A stretch of 64,000 bases of DNA, taken from assembly GCA_044892525.1 (NCBI GenBank), contig CM097885.1, positions 23,996,001 to 24,060,000 on the forward strand, given 5' to 3'. Below the pieces are notes generated by a model that worked only from the letters and a program-made list of their open reading frames with translations, had not been told where the DNA came from and made no database searches. Both the position numbers and the translations under genes were made by a program. Positions 1-12,959 of the stretch are shown in pieces (the stretch's first letter is position 1; the number at the start of each line of letters is the position of its first letter). This DNA comes from Schmidtea polychroa. Lineage: Eukaryota.

Positions 1-3000
1 CTGCACACAAACGCAACACATACTAAAAAGCACATACAAATTTTTGATTCGTATAAATGTAACGATGAGATACGTTTCTATAATAAACTTTATTTTTGAC
101 AATTTTTAGAAAAAAAGATCGTTGAAAATTTTTAAAATTATATTTTTAATGAAAATATTAAGAGCAGATGAATTTGGTTCAATATCATTTCAATCCAGAT
201 TTGATTTCCTGAAAGAAGCTCCTCATATTGAGCTCAGAAAAAAAATTACAAAAATTATTTTAATCATCGATTTTCCCCAAAATGTTTTAAAAAAATAAAT
301 ATTTTAGGTGATTGATTTATTTATTTCATTAACTATAATTAAAAATATATCGGACTCACATTTTTTTGAAATAATTCTAAAATAAATAGAGCTAAATATC
401 ATAAAATTCCTAGAAACCCTGAAAATTAATTAAAATAATATATAATTATACTGTTGATTAAAAGTAATATTTAAGAACTTGAATAATGATCTCATATCTC
501 ATATGGATCAGAATTCAAGTCTTAAAATTTACTTTAAATAAAAAAAATTACTTGAAAGCCATTTGTAAAATGGCTAAAATAAATTTCCAAAATATATAAA
601 TGAGACATGATAAATTGACAAAGATGATTTACAATTACAACCAATTACAATTGGTAAATAAATTGGTGAGTGAATTTACACGCCAACCACCACTATAGAG
701 AACGTATCTCAGTGGTGTTTGGTGTATATGTGCTGTATTTGTGTGTTAATTTTATTTTTCTACCACTTTCTCACCTTCTATATAAATGATTTTATTCATT
801 AAAACATTAAAATTTAAAGCGCAGGTAAGTTTGTGTGTTTCCATAATACAGTCAGTCTATTGAATTTCTTTGTATAATATAACTTCTTATATATTGAAAG
901 TAAATAAAAGAAAGAATTTTAAATTTATTATGACAAAGTTTGAATAATTGCAAGCTGTTGAGAAATGAAATTTTTTATGAAATAATTTTGTAAGATAATT
1001 TTAAATAGAAAGTTTTATGAAATAATTTTCAAAGGCAAAATTTAATACAAATTTTTATTAAATTAATTTCAAAGATCGATTTCAATTAATTTCTTCTACT
1101 AAAAATATTAGTAAACAAGGGTTATATTTGGTAAATAAGTAAATGAAGGGCTAAATTTTAAAAACTAGTAATAAACTTTGAAAGATAATGAGAATAATTT
1201 AATTTTAAGTAAATTAAGAGTCTAAAAATTGATCAAATTAAATTATGGGCTTTTATTTTTAAAAAAAAGTAATCATTGTTCAAAGATTTTAAAAATTTAA
1301 GTAATATTTTTAAATTAAGTAAAATAAATAAAAATTTTAAATTAAAGTAAATTTTTAAATAAGTTAATTAAAGTAATAATTTTAATTTTATAATCAAAAA
1401 GTTTGAATGATAGGCAGCTTTTGAGAAATGAAAATCTTTAATGAAAGCTTTTATGAAATAATTTTAAAAGAAAATTTAGATGCAAATTTCGCAAGTAATA
1501 ATTATAATAATAATAATAATAATAATAGTAATAATAACTCAACCAAATACTTAACAACAAAAGACTTTATTAACAACACATAAAAAATAACTATAATAAT
1601 AAATAAAAATTAACAAGACAGTGATAAAGATACAAAATTTATTCATCATTATATATTTGCTTATAATAAGCTTTTCTTAATTCAGGAAGAAGAATATTTC
1701 TTAAATTCTTGTCAAAATCTAAAATTCAACCAGATACCTACAACCAAAATACTAACAAATATGTACTATCTAGGTATTATTTACATTCAGATAATAAATA
1801 CCAACTATCAGCTGCTAAGGATTTTTAACTAGGTACTAACAAATAAGTACCAAATACTTACAACTAAGAACTTACAACCAGATAGCTGCTACCATGTATT
1901 AACAACCAACAAACAACTAGCTACTAACAGATTAGTTTCAAAGATTATTTACTAACAATCAACAACAACCAACTAACTAGGTACCAGATACCAAATACTA
2001 AGTAACTCTCAAACAACCAGATACTAAAGACTTACAACCAGGTATTTACAATCAACTAAATATTCTTCATTGTATTTTATCAAATGCTTATTAAATAAAT
2101 TAACCTTTTATATGTATTAAATTCAAAAATATATTTAATTACAATCAGTAGAAAAACATTTTCTGTCTAAGTCTAAATTTAACAAAAATATTGATTTTCG
2201 TCAAAAATGAATAATTATCAACTCAAACACTTTAAAACACCACGTGAAATTGAAAATAATTCAAATATTTTAAAATAACAACGAAAGACTATAGAATTCT
2301 AATTTTTATTCACAAAAGATCTGCTCAACTTTTAATTGATTACTAATATTCGTACTGCCTTAAAACATTTATTAATGAAATGTAATAAGATTATATTAAT
2401 TGAAAATAGTCAATTATTTGCAATTTGTCATTAATCAGTTGTTGAAATCTAATTTTATGTTAACATGAAGAAAAAATCTTTGCCTATTTCACAAAGTAAT
2501 TATAGCCTCTTGACATGAGTAAACTTTCTAATTAGGAATTCATTAACAAGTCATCTATATAGGGAAGAAGGCTTTCTACATTCATTCAATAACAGACAAA
2601 TGTGAAATATAAACAGTAATATTAAATATAATAATGAATATTGGAACTCCATGTCGATTCCAATGCTGACACTTTACCAAAGACAATGACTTATCGATGA
2701 CTCATCGTTTAAATGTGGGTACTGTTTTATTTTTTTGCACATCCCCCTTTCTGTATGACTCATCGATGACTTATCCTTTTTAGAACAAAGACAATGCATC
2801 ATTTATTTTTAGAACAAAGACTCGTCAAACGATTCATCATCTATTTTTTAGAACAGACTCATAAAACAGGACTCCACTAGAACAAAGATCTTATTACTAT
2901 TATTATTATTATTATTATTAATATTATTGTTATTATTACTATTATTATTATTATTTTCAAAATATTATTTAAAACAATAAAGTGATAATTTAAACCTTTA

Positions 3001-4716
3001 GCTGTAAATAATGTATTTAATGAAAAAACATTTTCGACTATAAGATAGTCTTTGTCAATCTCCTGGAACTTTGCAATCTTCTTCCCGAAAATACATTTCT
3101 TTCTTTCTTTTATTTCCTTTTTCTTAATTCTCATTGAGAATTAATTCTTATTGAGACCAATTACTGAGTTATTCTAAAATATATTTAAAATTATCTAGAA
3201 ATATATTTAAAAATTATCTAACAATATATTTAAAATTATCTAACAATATAAATTTTTTCAATGACATTTTTACATGAAAATTATGGTCTAAAATTTTCAA
3301 TTAAGTAAATTAAGGTCTAAAATTTTCAATTTGGAAATTAATGGCTAAATTTTAAATTAAAGTAAATTTAAAAAAGTCTATATTTTTTAACTTAAATAAA
3401 GTAAGGATAGATAAGCAAATTAAGGTCTAATATTTTCAATTAAATTAAATTAAGGGTCTAAATTTTTATATTGAATTAATCAAGGATCAAAAATTAAACT
3501 AAAGTAAATTAATGATAAATAGGTAAATTGTGGTCGAAAATTTTAAATTAAGTTCCAAATTTTTAAACTTAAGTAAATTAAGGGTTCAAATTAGTAATTT
3601 AAGGACCAAATTTTAAAATTAAGTAAATTAAAATAAATAGGTGAATTAAGGTTAAGTTTTAAATTAAAGTAATTTAGTTCAAAATTTTAAATTAAAGTAA
3701 ATTAATGTAAAATTTTAAATTAAATTAATAATTTATTGTCAGATATTTTGAATAACTATCATCTGATGAGAAATAAAAATTTAAAATGAAAACTTTTATA
3801 AAATATTTTTCTATGACAATTTTATATAAATATTTTTATGAATAAATTTTAGATGGAAATAATGTAAATTAAGGGATACATTTTTCAATTAAAGTAATCA
3901 ATGGTCTATATTTTAAACTTCTATATTTGGTAAACAAGGGTTAAATTAAAGTAAATTAATGATAAATAGGTAAATTAAGGTTTAAAATTTTATACTTGAG
4001 TAATCAATGGTCTAGAATTAAATTAAAATTAAAATTTTTAAATTATAGTAATACTTTTAAATTAAGTAAATTAAAGTAAAAATTTTAAAATTACAGTAAT
4101 AATTTATTGTCAGATATTTTAAAAAACTATCAACGATGAGAATTGACAATTTCAGATGCAAATCTTTTTGAAATAATTTTCAATGATAAATTTAAATAGA
4201 TTTTTTATGAAATAATAATAAGAGATATATTTAAAAAAAGTAATTAAATGCTAAAATTTAAAATTAAGAAAATTAAAGGATGCAATTTTAAATTAAGTAA
4301 TAAATTTTGAAAGATGATGAGAATTAGTAGTAATAATTAAAGAAAATTATGACTAAGTTAATTAGATTTAAAGAACACTACAGTGTTAATTCTAACCATT
4401 TTACAATAATATTTTTTATCAAAGTTCATATCTTGATTTAGTTAATTTTAATTGAATGTAATGACAAATTCCAGCGTGTTGTCTTCAATTTTAATGAATT
4501 ATTTTGAAAGATTATTTAGATAAATTTTGGTGTCTATTCATTAGTAATTTTTTTAGAGTTGATGGTTTTTGAGAATTTTTATCATTTTCGTGAATTTCAT
4601 GTGGATTGAATGAATATTTAAAAATTTAAAGTTAGTTCTAAGATAAATTTAATTAATTTCTTGATAATTGGATGCATTTTTATTGATTGGTTTTTTTATT
4701 TTAAATAAAAATTATT
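1..4716. repeat. Block A of higher-order tandem array, copy 1 (5' end outside window)
   Basis: Near-identical to 4994-9680, 19356-24044 and later copies. AT-rich, with (TAA)n, (TTA)n, ACAACCAGATAC-type and AAATTAAGG-type subrepeats. Confidence 0.95.
641..830 (+). promoter_or_regulatory. Putative Pol II promoter cassette with very short first exon and 5' splice donor
   Basis: CCAAT 641-645, ATTGG 650-654 and 662-666, hairpin 677-726, TATATAAA 779-786, CAG|GTAAGT donor at 825. Repeated in every block A copy and at 24833-25070 and 62885-63122. Confidence 0.55.
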
Positions 4717-4921
4717 GTATCAAACCTCTTTAATATAATGTTTTGAGCCTTATTTTGAAAATTGATGAAGAGCACGAGGATTCAATACCAACACTAATAA
4801 TATTCCAACACATTCAAATAACTAATAATGAATACTGACTATTTCCCCTAAGTTTTTGCAATTTATATATATATATAATATAAATTTATGTAAAAATATA
4901 ATATAATAATTACTAACATGG

Positions 4922-7900
4922 TGTTCTAATTTATAGCTCAGTGAGATACATCTTATATTATAGAAAACTGAAAAGTGGAAGGAAAATTAAAAGCTGCACA
5001 CAAACGCAATACATACTAAAAAGCACATACAAATTTTTGATTCGTATAAATATAACGATGAGATACGTTTCTATAATAAACTTTATTTTTGGCAATTTTT
5101 AGAAAAAAAAGATCGTTGAAAATTTTTAAAATTATATTTTTAATGAAAATATTAAGAGCAGATGAATTTGGTTCAATATCATTTCAATCCAGATTTGATT
5201 TCCTGAAAGAAGCTCCTCATATTGAGCTCAGAAAAAAAATTACAAAAATTATTTTAATCATCGATTTTCCCCAAAATGTTTTAAAAAAATAAATATTTTA
5301 GGTGATTGATTTATTTATTTCATGAACTATAATTAAAAATATATCGGACTCACATTTTTTCGAAATAATTCTAAAATAAATAGAGCTAAATATCATAAAA
5401 TTCCTAGAAACCCTGAAAATTAATTAAAATAATATATAATTATACTGTTGATTAAAAGTAATATTTAGGAACTTGAATAATGATCTCATATCTCATATGG
5501 ATCAGAATTCAAGTCTTAAAATTTACTTTAAATAAAAAAAATTACTTGAAAGCCATTTGTAAAATGGCTAAAATAAATTTCCAAAATATATAAATGAGAC
5601 ATGATAAATTGACAAAGATGATTTACAATTACAACCAATTACAATTGGTAAATAAATTGGTGAGTGAATTTACACGCCAACCATCACTATAGAGAACGTA
5701 TCTCAGCGGTGTTTGGTGTATATGTGCTGAATTTGTGTGTTAATTTTATTTTTCTACCACTTTCTCACCTTCTATATAAAAGATTTTATTCATTAAAACA
5801 TTAAAATTTAAAGCGCAGGTAAGTTTGTGTGTTTCCATAATACAGCCAGTCTATTGATTTTCTTTGTATAATATAACTTCTTATATATTGAAAGTAAATA
5901 AAAGAAAGAATTTTAAATTTATTATGACAAAGTTTGAATAATTGCAAGCTGTTGAGAAATGAAATTTTTTATGAAATAATTTTGTAAGATAATTTTAAAT
6001 AGAAAGTTTTATGAAATAATTTTCAAAGGCAAAATTTAATACAAATTTTTATTAAATTAATTTCAAAGATCGATTTCAATTAATTTCTTCTACTAAAAAT
6101 ATTAGTAAACAAGGGTTATATTTGGTAAATAAGTAAATGAAGGGCTAAATTTTGAAAACTAGTAATAAACTTTGAAATATGATGAGAATAATTTAATTTT
6201 AAGTAAATTAAGAGTCTAAAAATTGATCAAATTAAATTATGGGCTTTTATTTTTAAAAAAAAGTAATCATTGTTCAAAGATTTTAAAAATTTAAGTAATA
6301 TTTTTAAATTAAGTAAAATAAATAAAAATTTTAAATTAAAGTAAATTTTTAAATAAGTTAATTAAAGTAATAATTTTAATTTTATAATCAAAAAGTTTGA
6401 ATGATAGGCAGCTTTTGAGAAATGAAAATCTTTAATGAAAGCTTTTATGAAATAATTTTAAAAGAAAATTTAGATGCAAATTTCGCAAGTAATAATTATA
6501 ATAATAATAATAATAATAATAGTAATAATAACTCAACCAAATACTTAACAACAAAAGACTTTATTAACAACACATAAAAAATAACTATAATAATAAATAA
6601 AAATTAACAAGACTGTGATAAAGATACAAAATTTATTCATCATCATATATTTCATTATAATAAGCTTTTCTTAATTCAGGAAGAAGAATATTTCTTAAAT
6701 TCTTGTCAAAATCTAAAATTCAACCAGATACCTACAACCAAAATACTAACAAATATGTACTATCTAGGTATTATTTACATTCAGATAATAAATACCAACT
6801 ATCAGCTGCTAAGGATTTTTAATAGGTACTAACAAATAAGTACCAAATACTTACAACTAAGAACTTACAACCAGATAGCTGCTACCATGTATTAACAACC
6901 AACAAACAACTAGCTACTAACAGATTAGTTTCAAAGATTATTTACTAACAATCAACAACAACCAACTAACTAGGTACCAGATAACAAATACTAAGTAACT
7001 CTCAAACAACCAGATACTAAAGACTTACAACCAGGTATTTACAATCAACTAAATATTCTTCATTGTATTTTATCAAATGCTTTTTAAATAAATCAACCTT
7101 TTATATGTATTAAATTCAAAAATATATTTAATTACAATCAGTAGAAAAACATTTTCTGTCTAAGTCTAAATTTAACAAAAATATTGATTTTCGTCAAAAA
7201 TGAATAATTATCAACTCAAACACTTTAAAACACTACGTGAAATTGAAAATAATTCAAATATTTTAAAATAACAACGAAAGACTATAGAATTTTAATTTTT
7301 ATTCACAAAAGATCTGCTCAACTTTTAATTGATTACTAATATTCGTACTGCCTTAAAACATTTATTAATGAAATGTAATAAGATTATATTAATTGAAAAT
7401 AGTCAATAATTTGCAATTTGTCATTAATCAGTTGTTGAAATCTAATTTTATGTTAACATGAAGAAAAAATCTTTGCCTATTTCACAAAGTAATTATAGCC
7501 TCTTGACATGAGTAAACTTTCTAATTAGGAATTCATTAACAAGTCATCTATATAGGGAAGAAGGCTTTCTACATTCATTCAATAACAGACAAATGTGAAA
7601 TATAAACAGTAATATTAAATATAATAATGAATATTGGAACTCCATGTCGATGCCAATGCTGACACTTTACCAAAGATAATGACTTATCGATGACTCATCG
7701 TTTAAATGTGGGTACTGTTTTATTTTTTTGCACATCCCCTTTCTGTATGACTCATCGAAGACTTATTTTTTTTAGAACAAAGACAATGCATCATTTATTT
7801 TTAGAACAAAGACTCGTCAAACGATTCATCATCTATTTTTTAGAACAGACTCATAAAACAGGACTCCACTAGAACAAAGATCTTATTACTATTATTATTA

Positions 7901-9758
7901 TTATTATTATTATTAATATTATTGTTATTATTACTATTATTATTATTATTTTCAAAATATTATTTAAAACAATAAAGTGATAATTTAAACCTTTAGCTGT
8001 AAATAATGTATTTAATGAAAAAACATTTTCGACTATAAGATAGTCTTTGTCAATCTCCTGGAACTTTGCAATCTTCTTCCCGAAAATACATTTCTTTCTT
8101 TCTTTTATTTCCTTTTTCTTAATTCTCATTGAGAATTAATTCTTATTGAGACCAATTACTGAGTTATTCTAAAATATATTTATAATTATCTAGAAATATA
8201 TTTAAAAATTATCTAACAATATATTTAAAATTATCTAACAATATAAATTTTTTCAATGACATTTTTACATGAAAATTAAGGTCTAAAATTTTCAATTTGT
8301 AAATTAATGGTTTAATTTTAAATTAAAGTAAATTTAAAAAAGTCTATATTTTTAAACTTAAATAAATTAAGGATAAATAAGCAAATTAAGGTCTAATATT
8401 TTCAATTAAATTAAATTAAGGGTCTAAATTTTTATATTGAATTAATCAAGGATCAAAAATTAAACTAAAGTAAATTAATGATAAATAGGTTAATTATGGT
8501 CGAAAATTTTAAATTAAGTTCTAAATTTTTAAACTTAAGTAAATTAAGGGTTCAAATTAGTAATTTAAGGACCAAATTTTAAAATTAAGTAAATTAAAAT
8601 AAATAGGTGAATTAAGGTTAAGTTTTAAATTAAAGTAATTTAGTTCAAAATTTTAAATTAAAGTAAATTAATGTAAAATTTTAAATTAAATTAATAATTT
8701 ATTGTCAGATATTTTGAATAACTATCATCTGATGAGAAATAAAAATTTAAAATGAAAACTTTTATAAAATATTTTTCTATGACAATTTTATATAAATATT
8801 TTTATGAATAAATTTTAGATGGAAATAATGTAAATTAAGGGATACATTTTTAAATTAAAGTAATCAATGGTCTATATTTTAAACTTCTATATTTGGTAAA
8901 CAAGGGTTAAATTAAAGTAAATTAATGATAAATAGGTAAATTAAGGTTTAAAATTTTATACTTGAGTAATCAATGGTCTAGAATTAAATTAAAATTAAAA
9001 TTTTTAAATTATAATAATACTTTTAAATTAAGTAAATTAAAGTAAAAATTTTAAAATTACAGTAATAATTTATTGTCAGATATTTTAAAAAACTATCAAC
9101 GATGAGAATTGACAATTTCAGATGCAAATCTTTTTGAAATAATTTTCAATGATAAATTTAAATAGAATTTTTATGAAATAATAATAAGAGATATATATAA
9201 AAAAAGTAATTAAATGCTAAAATTTAAAATTAAGAAAATTAAAGGATTTAATTTTAAATTAAGTAATAAATTTTGAAAAATGATGAGAATTAGTAGTATG
9301 AATTAAAGAAAATTATGACTAAGTTAATTAGATTTAAAGAACACTACAGTGTTAATTCTAACCATTTTACAATAATATTTTTTATCAAAGTTCATATCTT
9401 GATTTAGTTAATTTTAATTGAATGTAATGACAAATTCCAGCGTGTTGTCTTCAATTTTAATGAATTATTTTGAAAGATTATTTAGATAAATTTTGGTGTC
9501 TATTCATTAGTAATTTTTTTAGAGTTGATGGTTTTTGAGAATTTTTATCATTTTCGTGAATTTCATGTGGATTGAATGAATATTTAAAAATTTAAAGTTA
9601 GTTCTAAGATAAATTTAATTAATTTCTTGATAATTGGATGCATTTTTATTGATTGATTTTTAATTTTAAATAAAAATTATTTTTAATGACAGTTAGGTTA
9701 ATTATCAAGTGATAGGATATGACTTTGTAATTTAATTGAATTTGACTTAGTAGTTTTA
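4922..9758. repeat. Block A, copy 2
   Basis: Starts TGTTCTAATTTATAGCTCAG, as at 19284, 46910 and 60723; ends at the Tc1 insertion site. Confidence 0.95.
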
Positions 9759-11085
9759 CAGGGTTTCCAAAAAGGTTTCATCCTTTTCCAGAAAAGTTTC
9801 ATATTTTTCCACAAAATTTCAACCTCAAATGTAGAAATATTAATATTAATGAAAAATCAAAGATAAAATCAATGTTATTTTATGAATTCTTTAAATTTCC
9901 CGCCATTTTTGAGGATATAATAAAGCATATTTAAGCCCCAATGGCACCAAGAACAAGACTCACTGACCATCTCAGAGAACTTATATGCGGCAAATACAAT
10001 GCCTTAAAACCGATTGTTAAAATTGCCGAAGAGTTGGAATTGAATGTTAAAACGGTTACAGCAGTCATTAAAATATATAAAGAAACTGGAAGAATAAAAT
10101 CCGCAATCAAAAAATGCGGGAGAAAGAAGAAAATAACGCCGGAGCAGGTTGATTTTATAAAAAACGAAATCAACGAGGAAGTTTCAATAACTTTAAACAC
10201 CTTGAAATCCAAAATACTAGAAAAATTCAACGTTTCGTTATCAAAAAGTACAATATCCAACGCAATTGAAGCTTTCCATTATAGCTTTAAGAGAGTTACA
10301 TTGGTTCCTATGGCACGAAACACGACTGAGAATAAAGCAAAACGTTTTCAATACGCGTATGATTTTACCCAAATATCGCATGAGAGTTTCATATTTTTGG
10401 ATGAATGTGGAATTAGCTGCAGCTTACGCCGATCTTATGGCAGATGTTTGAGGGGAACTTCCCCAAGAAAACTGTCAGAGCTATCAGAAGCCAAAATATT
10501 TCAATATCCGCCGCAATCACTCAGAATGGTATTTATTTTTTCGAATACAGTTTTTCAGCTTACAACGGTGAAAAATATGGACTATTTATTGCTAATTTGT
10601 GAGAAGTTGAGATTTGAAGGAATTACGAACCGGTGTTTTGTGATGGATAATGTTCCTTTCCACAAAATGATAGCCATAAGAGAATTGATCAATAGCGAAG
10701 GGCATAGTGTATTATTCTTGCCGCCTTATAGCCCGCAACTAAATCTAATTGAGAATTTATTCTCGAAGTGGAAAGGTCTGATCAAAGATGCAAACTGTGA
10801 TACCAAAGAACAACTTTTGGATGCGATTCGATCAGCCAGCAGTTTAATTACGGAAGAGGATTGCGAAGGCTACTTTTCTAACATGCTTTCGTTTATTGGG
10901 AAAGCTTTTGCTGATGAAGATTTTTAAATAATTACCTTAATCGTGTACTTCCTTTTTAATTTATTTTAATATTTGTCGATGAAACGTTTTTAAAAAAGGA
11001 TGAAACTTTTTTGGAAAAGGATGAAACTTTTTTGGAAAAGGATGAAACTTTTCTGGAAAAGGATGAAACTTTTTTGGAAACCCTG
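9759..11085 (+). mobile_element. Tc1/mariner-superfamily (DD34E) DNA transposon, 1327 bp
   Basis: TIRs CAGGGTTTCCAAAAA...TTTTTGGAAACCCTG; TA target duplication at 9757-58 and 11086-87; internal transposase; empty site at ~51796. Confidence 0.95.
9941..10927 (+). pseudogene. DD34E transposase with probable compensating frameshifts
   Basis: N-terminal HTH region with GRKKK; FLDE, MDNVPFH and LPPYSPQLNLIE motifs with 34 residues between the second D and E. Segment 10471-10599 reads family-like only in an alternative frame. Confidence 0.85.
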
Positions 11086-12286
11086 TATGTATATTTTCTA
11101 AGAATTTCATGTTGATTGATTAAATATTTAAAGTTTTAATGGTGATTTTAATTGAATTTCTTGATAATTTGCTAAATTTTAAAAAAAAATTAATTTTTTT
11201 AATGACTGTTAGGTTAATAATCAAGTAATAGGTTTAATTTTAGATGACTTTGTATTGCACTTGACTCAATAATCTTTTCTATACTTTTCTATGAATATTT
11301 TCATATACACATTGATGAACTTTTAAAAATACATAAGCTAAGAAACCAGTTAACTTTATCAAGGACTTCAAATTTACTTGAAAATTATTGTAAGATATAC
11401 TGAAATTTGTGATTTAGTTTGCTATTATGATCAATCAATATATATCATCTCTAGGTAGGTATTTGATGGGTGAAATATTTGTAGGAAATAATGAGTATAT
11501 TATGTCTTTGTTATATAAATCGACTTTAGCGTCAAAATGGATTTTTAAAATAAATTTAAATTTTAAAATACCGCAACGTAATATATATATATATATATAT
11601 ACATATTTTTCCTACCTTTCCTTGATTTTGATTGGTTAGAATTTGTTCCTGTTTATTATCTTCAGTCTATAAACAATAATCTATCATTAGTCACATTTTA
11701 CAAATATTTAACTTTAAAAATGAATTCTCTAATAGAAAACGTTATGAATGTCCGAGAAAAAAATTCAGAAATTTGGTAAATTTTAATTTATTGATTAATT
11801 AAATAATTTATTTAGTTACATAATATTAATGAAGACAATTTGAAATCGAAGATTAAAGGAAATTTGAAAAGAAAAAGTAAACATAATTTTTAATTTATTG
11901 ATTTAATTAATTGATAATTTAGGTAATACGAATGAAGAGAAAAATTATGTCAATAAATCGAAATAAAAATTTACAATGTAAGTATTGATTCCTTTTTATA
12001 ATTTAAAGGAAATTTAATAAAATTTTTTATTTAAGTAAATGTTAATATTTTTAATTTAGTAAATTTTTATTTTTTAGTAAATAAAATTTGTAAAATAAAT
12101 TTTGTAAATATTCATTGTAATAAATAATAATGATTTGCAAATTTTTGCGTAAACATTTATTAAAATATATCATTTAAATTATAATATTTTTTTATTAAAT
12201 TTTTATTTTATAGGTATACTTTACCCGAATTGAGACATCTTTTATTGAATAAAATTTATGGAATTATTTAGTGATTTAAAATCGCA

Positions 12287-12710
12287 TGAGAATCCTAATA
12301 TGGTGGCAGCGCTAAACACTGACGCAATCACCGAAAGATTGCTACCAAAGGTATTCTGCCAAGGTGAGGACTTGGAAAAGTTCATTAAGAGATGCGAAAT
12401 TTATTTCGACGCCAAGGGAATCACGCAGAAGAAAGATCAGGAAAGACTAACATCTTGCATGATTGATGAGGATCTCCTGGAAGTGTATGCCAAAACACAT
12501 AAAAAAGCAGAAGGATTTCAGGCTAGGTTGCGATTGGCATTCGATCGCGAAAGAGATGTTTTAAAGGATATACAATATATTTTTAAAAAGTGGAGGACCT
12601 TGTTGACAGGTTGTTTGAGAATAAAGAATTCACCAAAGAGAAAATAACAGCAAAGATGTTGATAGTATGTGCTGAGAATAAATAAGTTGAGAAAGAAGTA
12701 ATATTGCGGA
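12287..12710 (+). pseudogene. Ty3/Gypsy gag N-terminal fragment with PBS-like motif, internally deleted
   Basis: TGGTGGCAGCG at 12301; LLPKVF..GEDLEKFIKRCEIYFDAKGI capsid-like motif; deletion derivative of 52998-54150. Confidence 0.65.
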
Positions 12711-12959
12711 ATAATATCGCAATATTAGACAATTAACCGAAAATTATGTATAAAAACATTCACATTTGGATATTATACTAATATATTATTTTTATATTAT
12801 ATTATTTTTTTATAAAGTTTCTATAATTAGCTTAGCAAATATTTAGCTAGAATCAACGAAATCAAGAAACCTTATTTGAATAACCATCCAAAAGAATTGA
12901 TTTAATAGGTACAAAGACAATCTTTCATGACAGCAGAAGCACATTATTCCCTGTGATTA

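Noticed and set aside
2877..3134. 85-aa minus-strand ORF with a poly-Ile 'TM helix' (five copies)
   Set aside because: The poly-Ile is the translated (TTA)n microsatellite and varies in length between copies; no protein motif is recognisable.
3755..3785. CTGATGAGAAA as a hammerhead core
   Set aside because: No stem II between CTGATGA and GAAA and no stem I; it is part of a degenerate GATGAGAAAT subrepeat.
5089..5292. 67-aa ORF, and the 60-aa ORF at 7690-7872
   Set aside because: Disrupted by homopolymer length changes in other copies; the first also has a non-ATG start. No homology cues.
9931..10260. Antisense ORFs over the transposases, integrase, gag and fibre genes
   Set aside because: Shadow frames of real + strand coding sequence.
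10977..11085. CRISPR-like repeat array
   Set aside because: Repeats are contiguous with no spacers, form the transposon end, and the context is eukaryotic with no cas genes.
4922..12300. Giant ~6-kb LTR (starts TG, contains a promoter, ends at a PBS)
   Set aside because: No terminal CA or inverted termini, no polypurine tract before other copies, and no TSD. The TG start is a rearrangement junction that cuts through the inverted cassette.
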